Origin: Escherichia phage ph0011
DNA: 64,000 nucleotides
Reading direction: 5' to 3' (one strand)
Sequence record: OP557969.1
The first letter of the stretch is position 1. Each line of letters begins with the position of its first letter. The notes below the pieces were generated by a model. The model worked only from the letters and a program-made list of their open reading frames with translations. It ran no database searches and had not been told where the DNA came from. The position numbers and the translations under genes were made by a program. Shown one piece after another: positions 8,925-17,353 of the stretch.

Positions 8925-9161
8925 ATGATCGAACAAATCAAATCAACGTCTGCGAATGTAACGGGAACGGTATCACACTTTACTAGTGATGAATCGCGGG
9001 GCGTACCCTATTGTGCTGTACATGTAAACACTGAGGGTAACTACTGGTTTACGGTTTACGGATCATATTCATTTGGACGGCCAGGGCATCAAAAAATTCT
9101 GGATAAAGTACAGCCAACGGGTAAAAATATCACTGCTGAAATGTTTTATAAAAAATCATAA
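8925..9161 (+). CDS. hypothetical protein (78 aa)
   Basis: ATG after hairpin and RBS TAAGGA. Confidence 0.65.
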   Translation: MIEQIKSTSANVTGTVSHFTSDESRGVPYCAVHVNTEGNYWFTVYGSYSFGRPGHQKILDKVQPTGKNITAEMFYKKS

Positions 9162-9162
9162 A

Positions 9163-9228
9163 GTACTTGATAATAGTTTTTAGTATTGTATAATATTTTA
9201 CATCGCAAGGGGGAGCGGTTCCCCCTGG
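9163..9228 (+). promoter_or_regulatory. early promoter plus 5' leader hairpin cassette
   Basis: AGTACTTGATA, TGTATAAT, GGGGGAGC-GGTTCCCCC hairpin. Confidence 0.55.
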
Positions 9229-9245
9229 TAACTAAGGATAATAAA

Positions 9246-9545
9246 ATGAAAATTGCAATCATCGCCCTGGCTTTATCTGTTTCCTCTTTCGCTGTTAATG
9301 CGTCATTAGATGTAAGTAGTGAAAAATTCATTCAGTGCACTGTTGCAATGACCGATGAAAGAACTGGCGAGATTGTATTAAAGGATTTAGAGATCCAGCC
9401 GGAAGCATTTAAAAACGGCCCGTTCCATGAAGAAGACGAAAACGGTAGTACAACAATTTATTATGATGCTAGTACTAAACGCGGTTCGGTCACGGTTATG
9501 GATACTGAGAAAGTAACTCATACAGGCGTTATTAATTGCCGTTGA
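9246..9545 (+). CDS. small secreted or periplasmic protein (99 aa) with Sec-type signal peptide
   Basis: N-terminus MKIAIIALALSVSSFAVNA with AxA-like cleavage site; two Cys in mature part. Confidence 0.6.
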   Translation: MKIAIIALALSVSSFAVNASLDVSSEKFIQCTVAMTDERTGEIVLKDLEIQPEAFKNGPFHEEDENGSTTIYYDASTKRGSVTVMDTEKVTHTGVINCR

Positions 9546-9566
9546 TTGATACTACGGGGTAACATC

Positions 9567-9797
9567 ATGACTAAGCGAATAGTTTTACTTAACGCTGGAA
9601 GTACTACACAACTCCTTAACGCCGTGCATTATGATATTGAAACGAGCGTCAATCTTATCAGTACTGTAGTATTGTTGGACACTGGAAAGGTCGCAAATGA
9701 TAAAGCGATTGCAGGTATACTAACGGATCTTAAACCAGGTTGCAGTACTCCAATAACTTTAAATGATAAAGTGTTTAATATTTTACTAACTGATTAA
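9567..9797 (+). CDS. hypothetical protein (76 aa)
   Basis: ATG 22 nt after upstream stop; weak RBS; intrinsic terminator follows. Confidence 0.45.
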   Translation: MTKRIVLLNAGSTTQLLNAVHYDIETSVNLISTVVLLDTGKVANDKAIAGILTDLKPGCSTPITLNDKVFNILLTD

Positions 9798-9803
9798 GTA
9801 CAT

Positions 9804-9830
9804 AGCCCACCAGGTGGGCTTTTTTGTTTT
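9804..9830 (+). terminator. rho-independent terminator
   Basis: AGCCCACC/GGTGGGCT stem then TTTTTTGTTTTT. Confidence 0.75.
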
Positions 9831-9872
9831 TGTAGTATTGTAGTACTGAGATACTTTGAAAATAGTTTTAAA

Positions 9873-9915
9873 AAAGTAGTTGACATTACCGCAAAAAGGC
9901 GTAGAATGTATTACA
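9873..9915 (+). promoter_or_regulatory. sigma70-type promoter followed by long structured leader
   Basis: TTGACA, 17-bp spacer, TAGAAT; about 100-nt leader related to the 6731 element. Confidence 0.5.
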
Positions 9916-10030
9916 TCAAGACGGGGAGCACTAAGTAGACCGCCAGTAAGTCGAACGAAAAACTGGACACGTCGAGAAAACTTTGATACACTAATAAACG
10001 TAAACTAAACTTTAATTGAGGATTTATAAA

Positions 10031-10513
10031 ATGGCGAATGTAAAATCATTTCTGAAAGCACTGATTTCCAACGATACTGCTATTGCGGCTGAACTGCTGG
10101 CGGATCTGGATAACGATACCATGAAAGCAGTACGCAACAATTTTAACATTGCGTACAGTGAAGCTAAAGAACTGCAAGCCAAAAAGGTAGCAGAACTGGA
10201 AGAACAGAAAAAAGCCCGTGAAGAAGAACTACAAGCAACGATTGAAAGTATTCAGGCGGCAGTTGCTGGGTTGGATCTGGATGTAGTTGTAGAAATGGCA
10301 CATAAAGCCCTGGCAGTTAAGTACGGGGAAGATAAGCCAGTAGCTAAACCTAAAAAATGGATTCAGGAACGCGTAACGGTTGTTCTTGATAATGGCGAAG
10401 AACATTTAATTCCCGTGCGTGGTAACTGCATTGCGGTAGTTCTGGATGCTATCAAAGAAAGCGGATTGACTCGCGAGGAATGGATCGAAGCTCACCGCAA
10501 AATTGAAGCATAA
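10031..10513 (+). CDS. hypothetical protein (160 aa), coiled-coil-rich N-terminal half
   Basis: Start at MANVKSF after RBS GAGGAT; charged heptad-like segment EEQKKAREEELQ. Confidence 0.65.
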   Translation: MANVKSFLKALISNDTAIAAELLADLDNDTMKAVRNNFNIAYSEAKELQAKKVAELEEQKKAREEELQATIESIQAAVAGLDLDVVVEMAHKALAVKYGEDKPVAKPKKWIQERVTVVLDNGEEHLIPVRGNCIAVVLDAIKESGLTREEWIEAHRKIEA

Positions 10514-10534
10514 CAATTAAAGTACTGAATCACT

Positions 10535-10568
10535 AGCCCACTTCTTATAGTGGGCTTTTTTGTGTTTA
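10535..10568 (+). terminator. rho-independent terminator
   Basis: AGCCCAC/GTGGGCT stem then TTTTTTGTGTTT. Confidence 0.7.
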
Positions 10569-10788
10569 TCGTTTACCAGTCCACTAGCACCGCCTAGAGT
10601 CGATTCTAACGCATTAAACTGATTATCTGATGAATAGCCCTAGCTGGTGGCGTTAATGCCGTTAGAACGCGATTGAGGACGTTTAAAGTATTTTGCAAAA
10701 AGTAATAAAAAGTACTTGCACGATTAAGAGATTAGAGTATAATTAATTACATCAAGACAAGACACCTTAACTAACTGAGGATATAAAG

Positions 10789-10941
10789 ATGAATACTTAT
10801 GAACTGGATTGTTTCACTTTACAAGTAATGTCAGTATGCAGTAAAAAAGATTGGTCATCAAAGGAATTTAAAGCAGTTATTGCGTGTGCAAAACACGGCA
10901 AGACTATCAATGAAACGGCATCAATCATTGATAAACTTTAA
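10789..10941 (+). CDS. micro-protein (about 50 aa), Cys-containing
   Basis: Promoter (TTGCAC..TATAAT), RBS GAGGAT, ATG; below ORF-track cutoff; hand-read. Confidence 0.4.
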   Translation: MNTYELDCFTLQVMSVCSKKDWSSKEFKAVIACAKHGKTINETASIIDKL

Positions 10942-11012
10942 AAAATAGTTTGACAATAGTTTTAAGTACTGCGATAATACATACATCAACTACTGAATAG
11001 GAATAAAAAACA

Positions 11013-11240
11013 ATGGCTATCGTAATCACTCGCGTAACTGGTACTACTGGCACTGCTTCAACTGTTGCTGTAATTACTAATAAGAAAGGTGCAGAATTAC
11101 ATTTTGCAATGGATAAATGGGCCGTTAATGAGTTTGGTCAGTGGGCAAGTGTAGAATACATTGAAACCTATCAAGTGCCATCGATTAGCTTAACTGATTT
11201 AGGTGTAGAACGTATCCTTTGCCTGGATGAATTAAATTAA
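11013..11240 (+). CDS. hypothetical protein (75 aa), Thr/Gly-rich N-terminus
   Basis: Promoter TTGACA..CGATAAT upstream; RBS AATAGG. Confidence 0.55.
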   Translation: MAIVITRVTGTTGTASTVAVITNKKGAELHFAMDKWAVNEFGQWASVEYIETYQVPSISLTDLGVERILCLDELN

Positions 11241-11326
11241 AAAAGTACTTGCAAAGTAAATCAAATAAAGTATAATACATTACATCAAGGGGAGAAAATG
11301 GTTCTCCCCACTAAGAGGAAACTAAT

Positions 11327-11470
11327 ATGAAAACTTGTCAATGTGGTAAAAAATCTATTACGGGTTTGAAACGGGGCGTTGCACTTTGCCAGTATCATTA
11401 TAATGCTCAAGTATGGGGTAAAGAATGGGCCGACCAGGTGGAAGCAGCAAAGAAAGCAAAAAGTAAGTAA
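11327..11470 (+). CDS. micro-protein (about 47 aa), possible zinc-ribbon (CxCG ... CQYH)
   Basis: Complete cassette: promoter, GGGGAGAA/TTCTCCCC hairpin, RBS AAGAGGAAA, ATG; hand-read. Confidence 0.45.
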   Translation: MKTCQCGKKSITGLKRGVALCQYHYNAQVWGKEWADQVEAAKKAKSK

Positions 11471-11482
11471 AAATATTATCAC

Positions 11483-11520
11483 AGTACTATTGACATAGAT
11501 TGATAGTACTGGCATAATAG
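11483..11520 (+). promoter_or_regulatory. class-2 early promoter (AGTACTATTGACA ... AGTACTGGCATAAT)
   Basis: TTGACA, 17-bp spacer, CATAAT, AGTACT flanking both elements; same module at about 14366 and 22582. Confidence 0.55.
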
Positions 11521-11551
11521 ATTTTATCAAGACAACTAAGAGGAAATTAAA

Positions 11552-11896
11552 ATGGCTAACATCAATACTATAGCAGCACAAAATATCAACCTGTCTTCTG
11601 TTGAAGTTGTACACATTGCCGCCCGGCGTTGGTTCCAGGCGTCTTATGGTAATACTTATTTCTCTTTAACGGTAGATGTTGAAATCAATGGCGAATTTAT
11701 TGAAGTAGTAAACGTGCCGTTCCAATATGGCTACGGGGATCATTTTGACACTGTAGCAATGGAAGAATTTAGCAAGGTTATTAATATGGAAGGTAAAGAG
11801 TTTTTACGCGGTTCTTATCTTTCCCGTTTTTGCCGTGATAATAATATTACTGTTTATAGTTCTGTTAGTGATGTTAAACGCAAAAAAGATCTTTAA
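11552..11896 (+). CDS. hypothetical protein, paralog of 18128..18451
   Basis: Shared GNTY, YGYG and C-terminal DVKRKKD; RBS AAGAGGAAA. Confidence 0.7.
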   Translation: MANINTIAAQNINLSSVEVVHIAARRWFQASYGNTYFSLTVDVEINGEFIEVVNVPFQYGYGDHFDTVAMEEFSKVINMEGKEFLRGSYLSRFCRDNNITVYSSVSDVKRKKDL

Positions 11897-11976
11897 TTAG
11901 CTTTACTTTATGCAGATACTTTGATATAGTGTCTGCATAGGGGAAAGAAATTAAATCAACTTAAGAGGATAGTAAA

Positions 11977-12246
11977 ATGAAAAATATCAGTACTTTAATC
12001 GATGCAGGTACACATGTTCGTCGGTCTATGGTTGCAACCAGTTCTACAAAACAAGTAGCGAGCGGTTATCTTGTATTTGTGCACGATGGTAAACTCCTGG
12101 AACGTTCAATCAATTTTGATGTTAAAAACAATTGCCGTTTTATTATCTTTCGCCGTGAACAATATAAGATCGACATTCCAGCGAAGCCCATTAGCGGGGC
12201 GTACAACGTGCAATCATTGTTTGAGCGTCAACCATACACCTATTAA
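11977..12246 (+). CDS. hypothetical protein (89 aa)
   Basis: RBS AAGAGGA upstream. Confidence 0.6.
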   Translation: MKNISTLIDAGTHVRRSMVATSSTKQVASGYLVFVHDGKLLERSINFDVKNNCRFIIFRREQYKIDIPAKPISGAYNVQSLFERQPYTY

Positions 12247-12297
12247 TCAAAACAACGTTAGCGGTCGATTTAGGCCGCTTATACTGGGGATTATATA

Positions 12298-12570
12298 ATG
12301 AATACTAATCAAGTACTGAACGAGATTGAAAGCATCATTAAACCGATGAAGCGTACTGATGCAATGTTAACACCGGAAGAATGCCGCTTATATGAGCGTT
12401 ACAGCGTCGAACAAGTACAGGAAATGGCTATGGCTATCCCTGCCGTTCAACAGCCTGAGAACGCAGTACAGGACGTTACAGGGGATTATAACATCAATCC
12501 AGTACTAGGGAAGATTACACCAATTACCGAAGAACAAAAAGACTACTTAAGCCAGTACTTAAAAGGTTAA
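12298..12570 (+). CDS. hypothetical protein (90 aa)
   Basis: RBS GGGGA upstream; acidic. Confidence 0.6.
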   Translation: MNTNQVLNEIESIIKPMKRTDAMLTPEECRLYERYSVEQVQEMAMAIPAVQQPENAVQDVTGDYNINPVLGKITPITEEQKDYLSQYLKG

Positions 12571-12575
12571 TTAAT

Positions 12576-12785
12576 ATGCTTACTGTACAGGATAAGATCG
12601 ACATCTTAAAGGTTAATATGTATGTGATTGATGCCGTACCTGGTAAAGTATTTGCATACGATGACACCACTGTAAGCAATTTCTACTATAGCCAGGAAGT
12701 GGGGGATCTTTCTGTACAGTCGGTTATTGAAAACGTAGTTAATGCAGCGTATGAGCATTTACTTTCAAATAGTACTTGCAATTAG
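12576..12785 (+). CDS. hypothetical protein (69 aa)
   Basis: ATG 6 nt after upstream stop. Confidence 0.5.
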   Translation: MLTVQDKIDILKVNMYVIDAVPGKVFAYDDTTVSNFYYSQEVGDLSVQSVIENVVNAAYEHLLSNSTCN

Positions 12786-12833
12786 TTTTTAAACGCGTAT
12801 AATGTTTTACATGAAGGGGAGAAATAGTACTCC
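12771..12833 (+). promoter_or_regulatory. early promoter plus 5' leader hairpin cassette
   Basis: AGTACTTGCAA, TATAAT, GGGGAGAAA-tag-TACTCCC hairpin. Confidence 0.55.
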
Positions 12834-12853
12834 CACTAATTAAGGAATAGTAA

Positions 12854-13000
12854 ATGAAAGCATCAAAAAAGAGTACTAACAAGAAAGCACGTTCAACTTT
12901 AGATGGGGTATTCCCTTTGCGTTTTGTGGATGAAGTAGTTTCCTACCCGCTGGGCCTTACTCCTGAGATGGTAGAAAGTTTGCGTAAATCTAAAAAATAG
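12854..13000 (+). CDS. micro-protein (about 48 aa), basic
   Basis: Cassette (promoter, hairpin, RBS TAAGGA) then ATG; hand-read. Confidence 0.4.
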   Translation: MKASKKSTNKKARSTLDGVFPLRFVDEVVSYPLGLTPEMVESLRKSKK

Positions 13001-13081
13001 TACTTGCAATTAGTTTTTAGTACTGTATAATGTTTTACATGAAGGGGAGAAATGATTCTCCCCAAGAACAGGAGAAACAAA

Positions 13082-13234
13082 ATGAAACAATACAACGCTC
13101 GGTTTGATGTTACTATCGGCAACGGCAAAGGTCAATTCTCTTTCAGTACTCGTAAGAGTTATACAGAAAACTTCTTGCGTAATTGTGCACTGACCGCCGC
13201 ACAAATTAAACATTATTTTCAGGCTAAAAAATGA
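13082..13234 (+). CDS. micro-protein (50 aa)
   Basis: Start at MKQYN after hairpin and RBS AGGAGA. Confidence 0.55.
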   Translation: MKQYNARFDVTIGNGKGQFSFSTRKSYTENFLRNCALTAAQIKHYFQAKK

Positions 13235-13320
13235 AATCATTAGCTTATTATAGTTCGGCCCTGGTCGGTGCATTGATCGCGGCATTGTTAGTAGCTTATC
13301 TATTCTTTATGGTGATTTAA
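13231..13320 (+). CDS. tiny hydrophobic peptide (about 29 aa), predicted single transmembrane helix
   Basis: ATGA overlap with upstream stop; MKSLAYYSSALVGALIAALLVAYLFFMVI; hand-read. Confidence 0.35.
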   Translation: MKSLAYYSSALVGALIAALLVAYLFFMVI

Positions 13321-13458
13321 ATGAATCCTAACGGTATAATTTACAGTACTCCTAAAACGAAAGCAGATAAAGCCAAAGCACGTAAAGCGAAAGTAAAGGA
13401 GTACATCAAGCAAGGCATGACACGAAAGGCGGCAGTACTGAAAGCTAAAAATAAATGA
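13321..13458 (+). CDS. lysine-rich micro-protein (about 45 aa)
   Basis: ATG directly after previous stop; highly basic; hand-read. Confidence 0.35.
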   Translation: MNPNGIIYSTPKTKADKAKARKAKVKEYIKQGMTRKAAVLKAKNK

Positions 13459-13459
13459 A

Positions 13460-13565
13460 AAAAGTGGTTGACTTCGGTCAGCCATTTTGCTATTATATAT
13501 TCATTGAGAGATAGCTCACTAGCCCACGGGGTGCGGGAGTGTATCTATTATATAAGCATTGAGTA
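13460..13565 (+). repeat. GGGTGCG-core intergenic element with its own TTGACT..TATTATATA promoter
   Basis: Related copies at about 17190, 20460 and 23200. Confidence 0.5.
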
Positions 13566-13606
13566 CTGAAAACTATTTTAAAAGTATTTGTAGAAAGTAC
13601 TTGCAA

Positions 13607-13660
13607 ACTATCTCAATAGGCGTATAATGTTTTACATCAAGGGGGAAACGGTTTCCCCTA
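13607..13660 (+). promoter_or_regulatory. early promoter plus 5' leader hairpin cassette
   Basis: AGTACTTGCAA, TATAAT, GGGGGAAAC-g-GTTTCCCC hairpin. Confidence 0.6.
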
Positions 13661-13678
13661 GTAATAAGGAATAAAATC

Positions 13679-14020
13679 ATGACTATTGCAATTGTACAAT
13701 CTAACTTTGAAAACGAAATCATCGCCCAAGCACTGCGTTTAAATGATGGTCGGGCCGAAATTAATTACGGTTTCAATTCAGGCGGTTGTGAAAAATATCA
13801 GTACTTTATAACTGCTGATGGCGGTGTCCTGGGTATTAATACAGTTATTGTAAACATTCAGAAAATTAATTTCAATGATCCAGACGATAGCCAGTTTTAC
13901 ATTATAGGCGTAGACGTGAACTATGAGGATGACTCACTAACTGATGATTACACTGGCGAGAAGTTAGAAAGTGCATACGGTGAAGATGATTATCAGTCAG
14001 TACCGGAAGATTTTGAATAA
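13679..14020 (+). CDS. hypothetical acidic protein (113 aa)
   Basis: RBS TAAGGA after hairpin; Asp/Glu-rich C-terminus. Confidence 0.65.
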   Translation: MTIAIVQSNFENEIIAQALRLNDGRAEINYGFNSGGCEKYQYFITADGGVLGINTVIVNIQKINFNDPDDSQFYIIGVDVNYEDDSLTDDYTGEKLESAYGEDDYQSVPEDFE

Positions 14021-14143
14021 TATTAAAAAATAGTTTGACAATAGATTATAGTACTGTATAATATTTTACATGAAGGGCAACGGGAAGTTTTTAAAACTTC
14101 CCTATAGGGAGAATAGTTCTCCCACTAACAGAGAGAAAACAAA

Positions 14144-14356
14144 ATGGCTAATATCTGCACTGTACTGAAAAATGCAAAACAAGTTTTATTTTCTGATCAC
14201 GATCATTTAAACAAGGATATTACTGGCGTTCGGAATATCAAAGATGTAAAAAGTGTTATGGGCATCTATTGCAATATGAAACGTGTTGGAACGTTCGGTA
14301 ATAAATTTCTATACCAAGCGGGGGATTACAATTTTACACTGACTATCATTAACTAA
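14144..14356 (+). CDS. hypothetical protein (70 aa)
   Basis: Promoter, double hairpin, RBS AGAGAGA. Confidence 0.6.
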   Translation: MANICTVLKNAKQVLFSDHDHLNKDITGVRNIKDVKSVMGIYCNMKRVGTFGNKFLYQAGDYNFTLTIIN

Positions 14357-14438
14357 AAATATTATCACAGTACTATTGACATAGATTGATAGTACTGGCA
14401 TAATAGATTTTATCAATTACACTACTAAGGAATTAAAA

Positions 14439-14618
14439 ATGGCTATCATCGCAAAAACTGAAATCATCGGCCTGGATTCTATCATCATGACGTTTGAAGA
14501 TCAAAAAGGTATGTATGTAGTTTCCTATGGTGATTATGTTCGGGAGTATGAAACGGTAGACGAAGCCTTTGAAAGTTACATTCGCCAGGTGAATAAAGCA
14601 TACGACGATTACCGCTAA
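14439..14618 (+). CDS. micro-protein (about 59 aa)
   Basis: Class-2 promoter, RBS TAAGGA, ATG; hand-read. Confidence 0.45.
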   Translation: MAIIAKTEIIGLDSIIMTFEDQKGMYVVSYGDYVREYETVDEAFESYIRQVNKAYDDYR

Positions 14619-14731
14619 AATATATTACCAGTACTATTAAAGATATTGACAACGTTTGATAGTACTGGCATAATAAGTTTTATAAACAGTAGTCAAATAG
14701 TAGTTAACTTAACAAAAGAGAGAGAAACAAA

Positions 14732-14875
14732 ATGATCGCACTGGATTCATTCATCGATGCAGTTCTGGCAAAAACTGGCGAGGATCTGACCGCAGAACAA
14801 TACGCGATGATCGAGCAATGCCAGCAAGACGGTAAATCGGTGAAAGATACTGTTAAGATTATCCGCAAGATGTAA
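14732..14875 (+). CDS. micro-protein (about 47 aa)
   Basis: Class-2 promoter, RBS AGAGAGAGA, ATG; hairpin follows; hand-read. Confidence 0.4.
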   Translation: MIALDSFIDAVLAKTGEDLTAEQYAMIEQCQQDGKSVKDTVKIIRKM

Positions 14876-14981
14876 GATTATAAGCCCATTAGTTAACGCT
14901 GGTGGGCTTTAATCATTTACCCTATACAATGCCAGTACTAAACCGTTTATCTCGTTAGAATGCATTACAGGACGTTTGACA

Positions 14982-15179
14982 ATGATTAGCATGAAATCAG
15001 TACAAAAACAAATAGAAACATTATCAAAAATTAAACGTAAACAGTACTCATTAGAATATAATATCAATGGTAACTATCATCTAATGAAAGAGAATAATTT
15101 TATCGTCATTGATGAATCATTGCAAATTATTAGTATAGTACTGAAAGCATTAATTAATGATAGAAAAAGGTTAAAATAA
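14982..15179 (+). CDS. hypothetical protein (about 65 aa)
   Basis: Track ORF begins at a TTG; first ATG chosen; no clear RBS. Confidence 0.35.
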   Translation: MISMKSVQKQIETLSKIKRKQYSLEYNINGNYHLMKENNFIVIDESLQIISIVLKALINDRKRLK

Positions 15180-15436
15180 TGGCAGTAGGATTCGCGAAAG
15201 ATGGAGCCGAGCAAGATGAGATTAACGCAGTTATTCAAGCCGCCGTTAACCACGCTAGAAAGCAAATTAACGCACAAATAGAATCACTGATACATTGCCT
15301 CGACTGCGGCGATAAAATCCCTGAGAATCGCCGACAGGCTGTTAAGGGTTGTAAGTACTGCATAACTTGCCAGGAGGATCATGATAGTACTTTTAAACGT
15401 CCCCCGCGTAATTGTTGGCATAGATCTATGAGATAA
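15179..15436 (+). CDS. TraR/DksA-family C4 zinc-finger protein
   Basis: C-x2-C-GDKIPENRR ... C-x2-C spacing typical of TraR-like proteins; start overlaps upstream stop. Confidence 0.7.
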   Translation: MAVGFAKDGAEQDEINAVIQAAVNHARKQINAQIESLIHCLDCGDKIPENRRQAVKGCKYCITCQEDHDSTFKRPPRNCWHRSMR

Positions 15437-15500
15437 AAAGTAATTGACAGTACTGAAAGATAGTGTATAATGTTTTATATCTTAACTGAGGATAGAAATC

Positions 15501-15857
15501 ATGGGAATACAACATATCACGCGGACCACTGACAATGGCGAGATCACTGGTTATCAAGTACAGGGCAAAGTAGCACAATTGCAGTACTGGTTTGTTAAAC
15601 GTGGAATCATTGCACCGGATCTTGATTATGACCGTGTAGCGTTTATTGATTCTCTTTATGTTGATCCTGATAGTCGGGGCAATGGTGAAGGTAACGAATT
15701 AATGAATGCCTTTATTGATGCCGCCGATGATTCAGATTGTATCATCTTAGAATGCGATACGGGAGAAGATAACGCCTTTAATCTTAAAGAATGGTACGAA
15801 GGTTTCGGATTCGAGGTATTGATAGATAGTGAATATCCTATCATGATTTTATCATAG
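15501..15857 (+). CDS. probable small GNAT-family acetyltransferase
   Basis: FIDSLYVDPDSRGNGEGNELMNAF resembles GNAT motif A; 118 aa. Confidence 0.4.
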   Translation: MGIQHITRTTDNGEITGYQVQGKVAQLQYWFVKRGIIAPDLDYDRVAFIDSLYVDPDSRGNGEGNELMNAFIDAADDSDCIILECDTGEDNAFNLKEWYEGFGFEVLIDSEYPIMILS

Positions 15858-15936
15858 TACTTGCATTTAGTTTTCAGTACTGTTATAGTACTTGCATCAA
15901 GGGGAAACATCTTCCCCTACTAAGAGGAAATAAAAA

Positions 15937-16125
15937 ATGGAAAACTTATCAAGTATTTTAGTACAAGATGATTTCGGTAATCCTGGAAGTGCTATCATTG
16001 TTCGGGGCAATAAAGCAACGTTTGTTATTGCTGGTGGACCCGTACAGCGTAGCATTAAAAATAATGCTGTTACCATTAATAATGTACGCTATCGCTTAGA
16101 TAAAGAATTAATTCATAAACTGTAA
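15937..16125 (+). CDS. hypothetical protein (62 aa)
   Basis: Promoter, GGGGAAAC..TTCCCC hairpin, RBS AAGAGGAAA. Confidence 0.6.
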   Translation: MENLSSILVQDDFGNPGSAIIVRGNKATFVIAGGPVQRSIKNNAVTINNVRYRLDKELIHKL

Positions 16126-16152
16126 TATTAATTTAATAGAGGATAACAATAA

Positions 16153-16476
16153 ATGTACATTCATACTACTGTCACAAAGGAAGTCCGTTGCCAGTTCGAA
16201 AGTATTCCGGGCGTATGTTTCATCACTGGTACGTTTTCCCCTGGTGATCGTGATAATCCAGTACTGTTACAGTTACGCCATCCATTATGGGATAAAGCAT
16301 TTGATCTGCCGTTGAATGAATTCGCAACCACTGCTGATAAGTACATTAAAAATATTCGCGAGAATGATTGCCTATTCATTAATGCTTTTAGTGATGCCGC
16401 GTTAAGTGAGATCCATGCTGTATTGGTTGCAATCATGGAATCAATGGAGAAAACTATATTCAAACAAGGTGAATAA
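16153..16476 (+). CDS. hypothetical protein (107 aa)
   Basis: RBS AGAGGA upstream. Confidence 0.6.
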   Translation: MYIHTTVTKEVRCQFESIPGVCFITGTFSPGDRDNPVLLQLRHPLWDKAFDLPLNEFATTADKYIKNIRENDCLFINAFSDAALSEIHAVLVAIMESMEKTIFKQGE

Positions 16477-16481
16477 AAACT

Positions 16482-16542
16482 ATTGACAATGCAATCCAGT
16501 ACTGTATAATAGTTTACATGAAGGGGAGAAATGATTCTCCCC
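16482..16542 (+). promoter_or_regulatory. early promoter plus 5' leader hairpin cassette
   Basis: TTGACA, AGTACTGTATAAT, GGGGAGAA-atga-TTCTCCCC perfect palindrome. Confidence 0.65.
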
Positions 16543-16559
16543 ACTAAGAGGAAAGAAAA

Positions 16560-16772
16560 ATGCAAGGTCAACTAATCGTTCGTAAATGGTCTGATACTAA
16601 CGAAAAACCGTGGGATGTACAATACATCGCCCCAAATGGTGAATCCAGATATCAACCAGGTGTAACGCATAGTACTGAGCAATTCGCCGCCGCTCATCGC
16701 GAACGTCTGTTACAATCAATGCAGCACGGTTCCGGTGAAAAATTCATTCAGGATCATTGGCTGAAAGATTAA
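16560..16772 (+). CDS. hypothetical protein (70 aa)
   Basis: ATG after hairpin and RBS AAGAGGAAA. Confidence 0.65.
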   Translation: MQGQLIVRKWSDTNEKPWDVQYIAPNGESRYQPGVTHSTEQFAAAHRERLLQSMQHGSGEKFIQDHWLKD

Positions 16773-16858
16773 AAAGTACTTGCACAGTACTGAATAAAGT
16801 GTATAATGTTTTATATCGGAAGGGGAATAGTTCCCCTCCTAACAAAGAGGAAAGTATA

Positions 16859-17032
16859 ATGGTCCAGGTAGAATTAACAGTACTGAAAGATCTGTTTTAT
16901 CGGATTGGTACTACTGGCGAATATCCGAAGGGTGATAATGCAAAACTTTACGTATCACTCGACTTATGGCAACGCGAACAATTAGCAACGGCCTGGCGTA
17001 AAGGCAAAGCAGATAGCGAGGTGAAAGCATGA
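16859..17032 (+). CDS. micro-protein (57 aa)
   Basis: Start at MVQVEL after hairpin and RBS AAGAGGAAA. Confidence 0.55.
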   Translation: MVQVELTVLKDLFYRIGTTGEYPKGDNAKLYVSLDLWQREQLATAWRKGKADSEVKA

Positions 17033-17178
17033 AAGAATTCTTATTTGAAGTAGTGTTTCAAGGTGTCGGTAATAACCAACTGATTCGATCAAGTGGTTAT
17101 AATGTTAACCAGGCATGGAATAACATTAAACAAATGTACCCTAACGCTATCACATATCGCAACCCGAAAGAAGTTTAA
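17029..17178 (+). CDS. micro-protein (about 49 aa)
   Basis: ATGA overlap with upstream stop; hand-read. Confidence 0.35.
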   Translation: MKEFLFEVVFQGVGNNQLIRSSGYNVNQAWNNIKQMYPNAITYRNPKEV

Positions 17179-17189
17179 AAATATTTGAA

Positions 17190-17290
17190 AAAGGGATTGA
17201 CTCCGGTCAGTCCCTTTGCTATTATATACGCATAGAAACAAATCAGCCCACAGGGTGCATAAATGTATCTATTGTTTGCTGGTGGCTAGT
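17190..17290 (+). repeat. GGGTGCG-core intergenic element with own promoter
   Basis: GGGATTGACTCCGGTCAGTCCCTTTGCTATTATATA then AGCCCACAGGGTGCAT; near-identical 5' part at 20460 and 23200. Confidence 0.5.
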
Positions 17291-17353
17291 ACTGAAAACT
17301 ATTTTTAAAAAAGTACTTGCATTGTACTTAGAATCAAGTATAATGTTTTACAT

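Noticed and set aside
10031-10513. H-NS-like nucleoid protein call for the 160-aa coiled-coil protein
   Set aside because: Architecture is vaguely similar (N-terminal coiled coil, C-terminal globular part) but the H-NS DNA-binding signature (TWTGQGRTP-type) is absent; left as hypothetical.
12071-12298. Overlapping + strand ORF in another frame of 11977..12246
   Set aside because: No start context; fully overlapped by a gene with an RBS.
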